Assembly (NCBI GenBank): GCA_003971905.1 | Contig: RSEE01000097.1 | Span: 1 to 64,000, forward strand | DNA: 64,000 nt | From: Moniliella sp. 'wahieum' | Lineage: Eukaryota | Direction: 5' to 3' | In this document: positions 62,835-64,000 of the stretch, piece by piece | Position numbering within the stretch: the stretch's first letter is position 1 | How the letters are laid out: every line of letters begins with the position of its first letter | The notes under the pieces: generated by a model | What the model saw: only the letters and a program-made list of their open reading frames with translations | Told to the model about the DNA's origin: nothing | Databases searched by the model: none | Made by a program: the position numbers and the translations under genes

Positions 62835-64000
62835 CCGCCCTGGCCTCGTCCAACAAAAGGCGGTTGCAAAGTGCTCAAAGATATTATATTTGAGTGGGTG
62901 GCAGGCAGTGTTGTGTACCACACATGTATTACGTTGATGGCACCCAAATCCCTGTATTCATTTCCTCTCGTGAACGCGTAAGCCGACATCAGTTCCATTC
63001 AAAGGGGAAACGCCAGGCTGCTTGATGGTCTCCCATCAAGGTCGATTTTGTCCGGCGTTGCTTCTGTTGCTTCGCTCGGGCAGGAAGAACTAAGAAGGAA
63101 TCAGGCAAAATGGGTCTGGTTGCGGATAGCGGTGGCACCCCACATCTTTACACCTCGCTCAAACGACCAACACTGCAGGTTAGCGATCCTTGCCAGATAG
63201 GAATGGCTATTCAGTCCTTTGTGTCATCGTTATCCACTGAGGAACGAATGGATACAGTAGTGAAGAGTTACTTTTGGCGTTAGTGTATTGTCCTTTTCGC
63301 CTCTCTCTCAGGCCGGCTGATGGTGACTCATACCGCGGTCAGTACGCAGTACGCTACTCGGTTATAGTATGTGTGGCGAACGAAGACGCGACGGGGGGTA
63401 CGCCTGGTTCCGGCGCGGCAAATAGGGACCCAAAAACGAAAACCGAATACACCCTCAGTACTCAGTAGGATTGATGCAATGGATGGCATAACTAGTAATG
63501 CCCGCGACAGTCATCAGTAACTAGTACTACACCGTTGTGACATGTGACCCGTGAAACCCGCGCTAACCTGCTAACCGGTTAGAACCCGACCCACTCGGAA
63601 CCAGTATCCACCGATGTGATTCCTGTGATTGATGCGGACGGTGGGCAGCGAACGTTCAGAACGCGAGCGACCCCTGAAAATCCAGAACAGAAGACGGGGT
63701 GCGCCAAAAATGGAGTGGCAAGCTGCTTCAGCTTCAAGCTTCAAAAGCTTCTCGTAGCTTCCACTTGACGCTGACGATGACGACGGTGACTGGTGTGACG
63801 GAAAGTGACATTGACAGGTGACAAAGAGGCAGGTGACCCGGTGACAAGTTTCAATGTGACCGATGACCGGTGACCGGTGACACTTGACGCGCTCGACGCG
63901 TGACGGTCGAACCATTTCAGGTGCGCGCATTACACGATGATCGATGAACTGCGCTACGGAAGAAGACTGTGGATATGCCCCCCGTCCCCCCGTCTTCCTT

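Overview
Fungal genomic DNA, most likely basidiomycete (GT-AG introns with GTACGT/GTATGT donors, a Tsp2-type tetraspanin). Nearly every gene carries single-base frameshifts, many in homopolymers, which points to an error-prone assembly, so CDS boundaries are approximate. Genes: UPF0052/CofD-like protein, Ppn2-like metallophosphoesterase, DUF2235 hydrolase, Tsp2 tetraspanin, Prb1-type subtilisin, Mrp10, Afg1 ATPase, a bacterial-looking GNAT, a secreted RlpA/expansin-like protein, Pps1-like phosphatase, a shortened Sro7/tomosyn-like gene, an F-box/LRR protein and two intron-containing tRNA-Pro(UGG) genes. About 12-28 kb is a gene-poor retrotransposon island holding a full-length, young Ty1/copia element (17574-22633; identical 160-bp LTRs; TSD TCAGT). 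Best leads: (1) this copia has gag and pol in one frame split by a single UAG, a non-TGG PBS, no Gag zinc knuckle and a Gcn4/E-box module in the LTR; (2) the intronless GNAT is a horizontal-transfer candidate; (3) a 'mini-tomosyn' keeps its R-SNARE-like tail but lacks most of the propeller; (4) a TSD-flanked solo LTR sits midway between the tRNA genes; (5) intergenic tandem repeats are biased to a 7-bp period. All family calls are motif recognition by eye; no searches were run.
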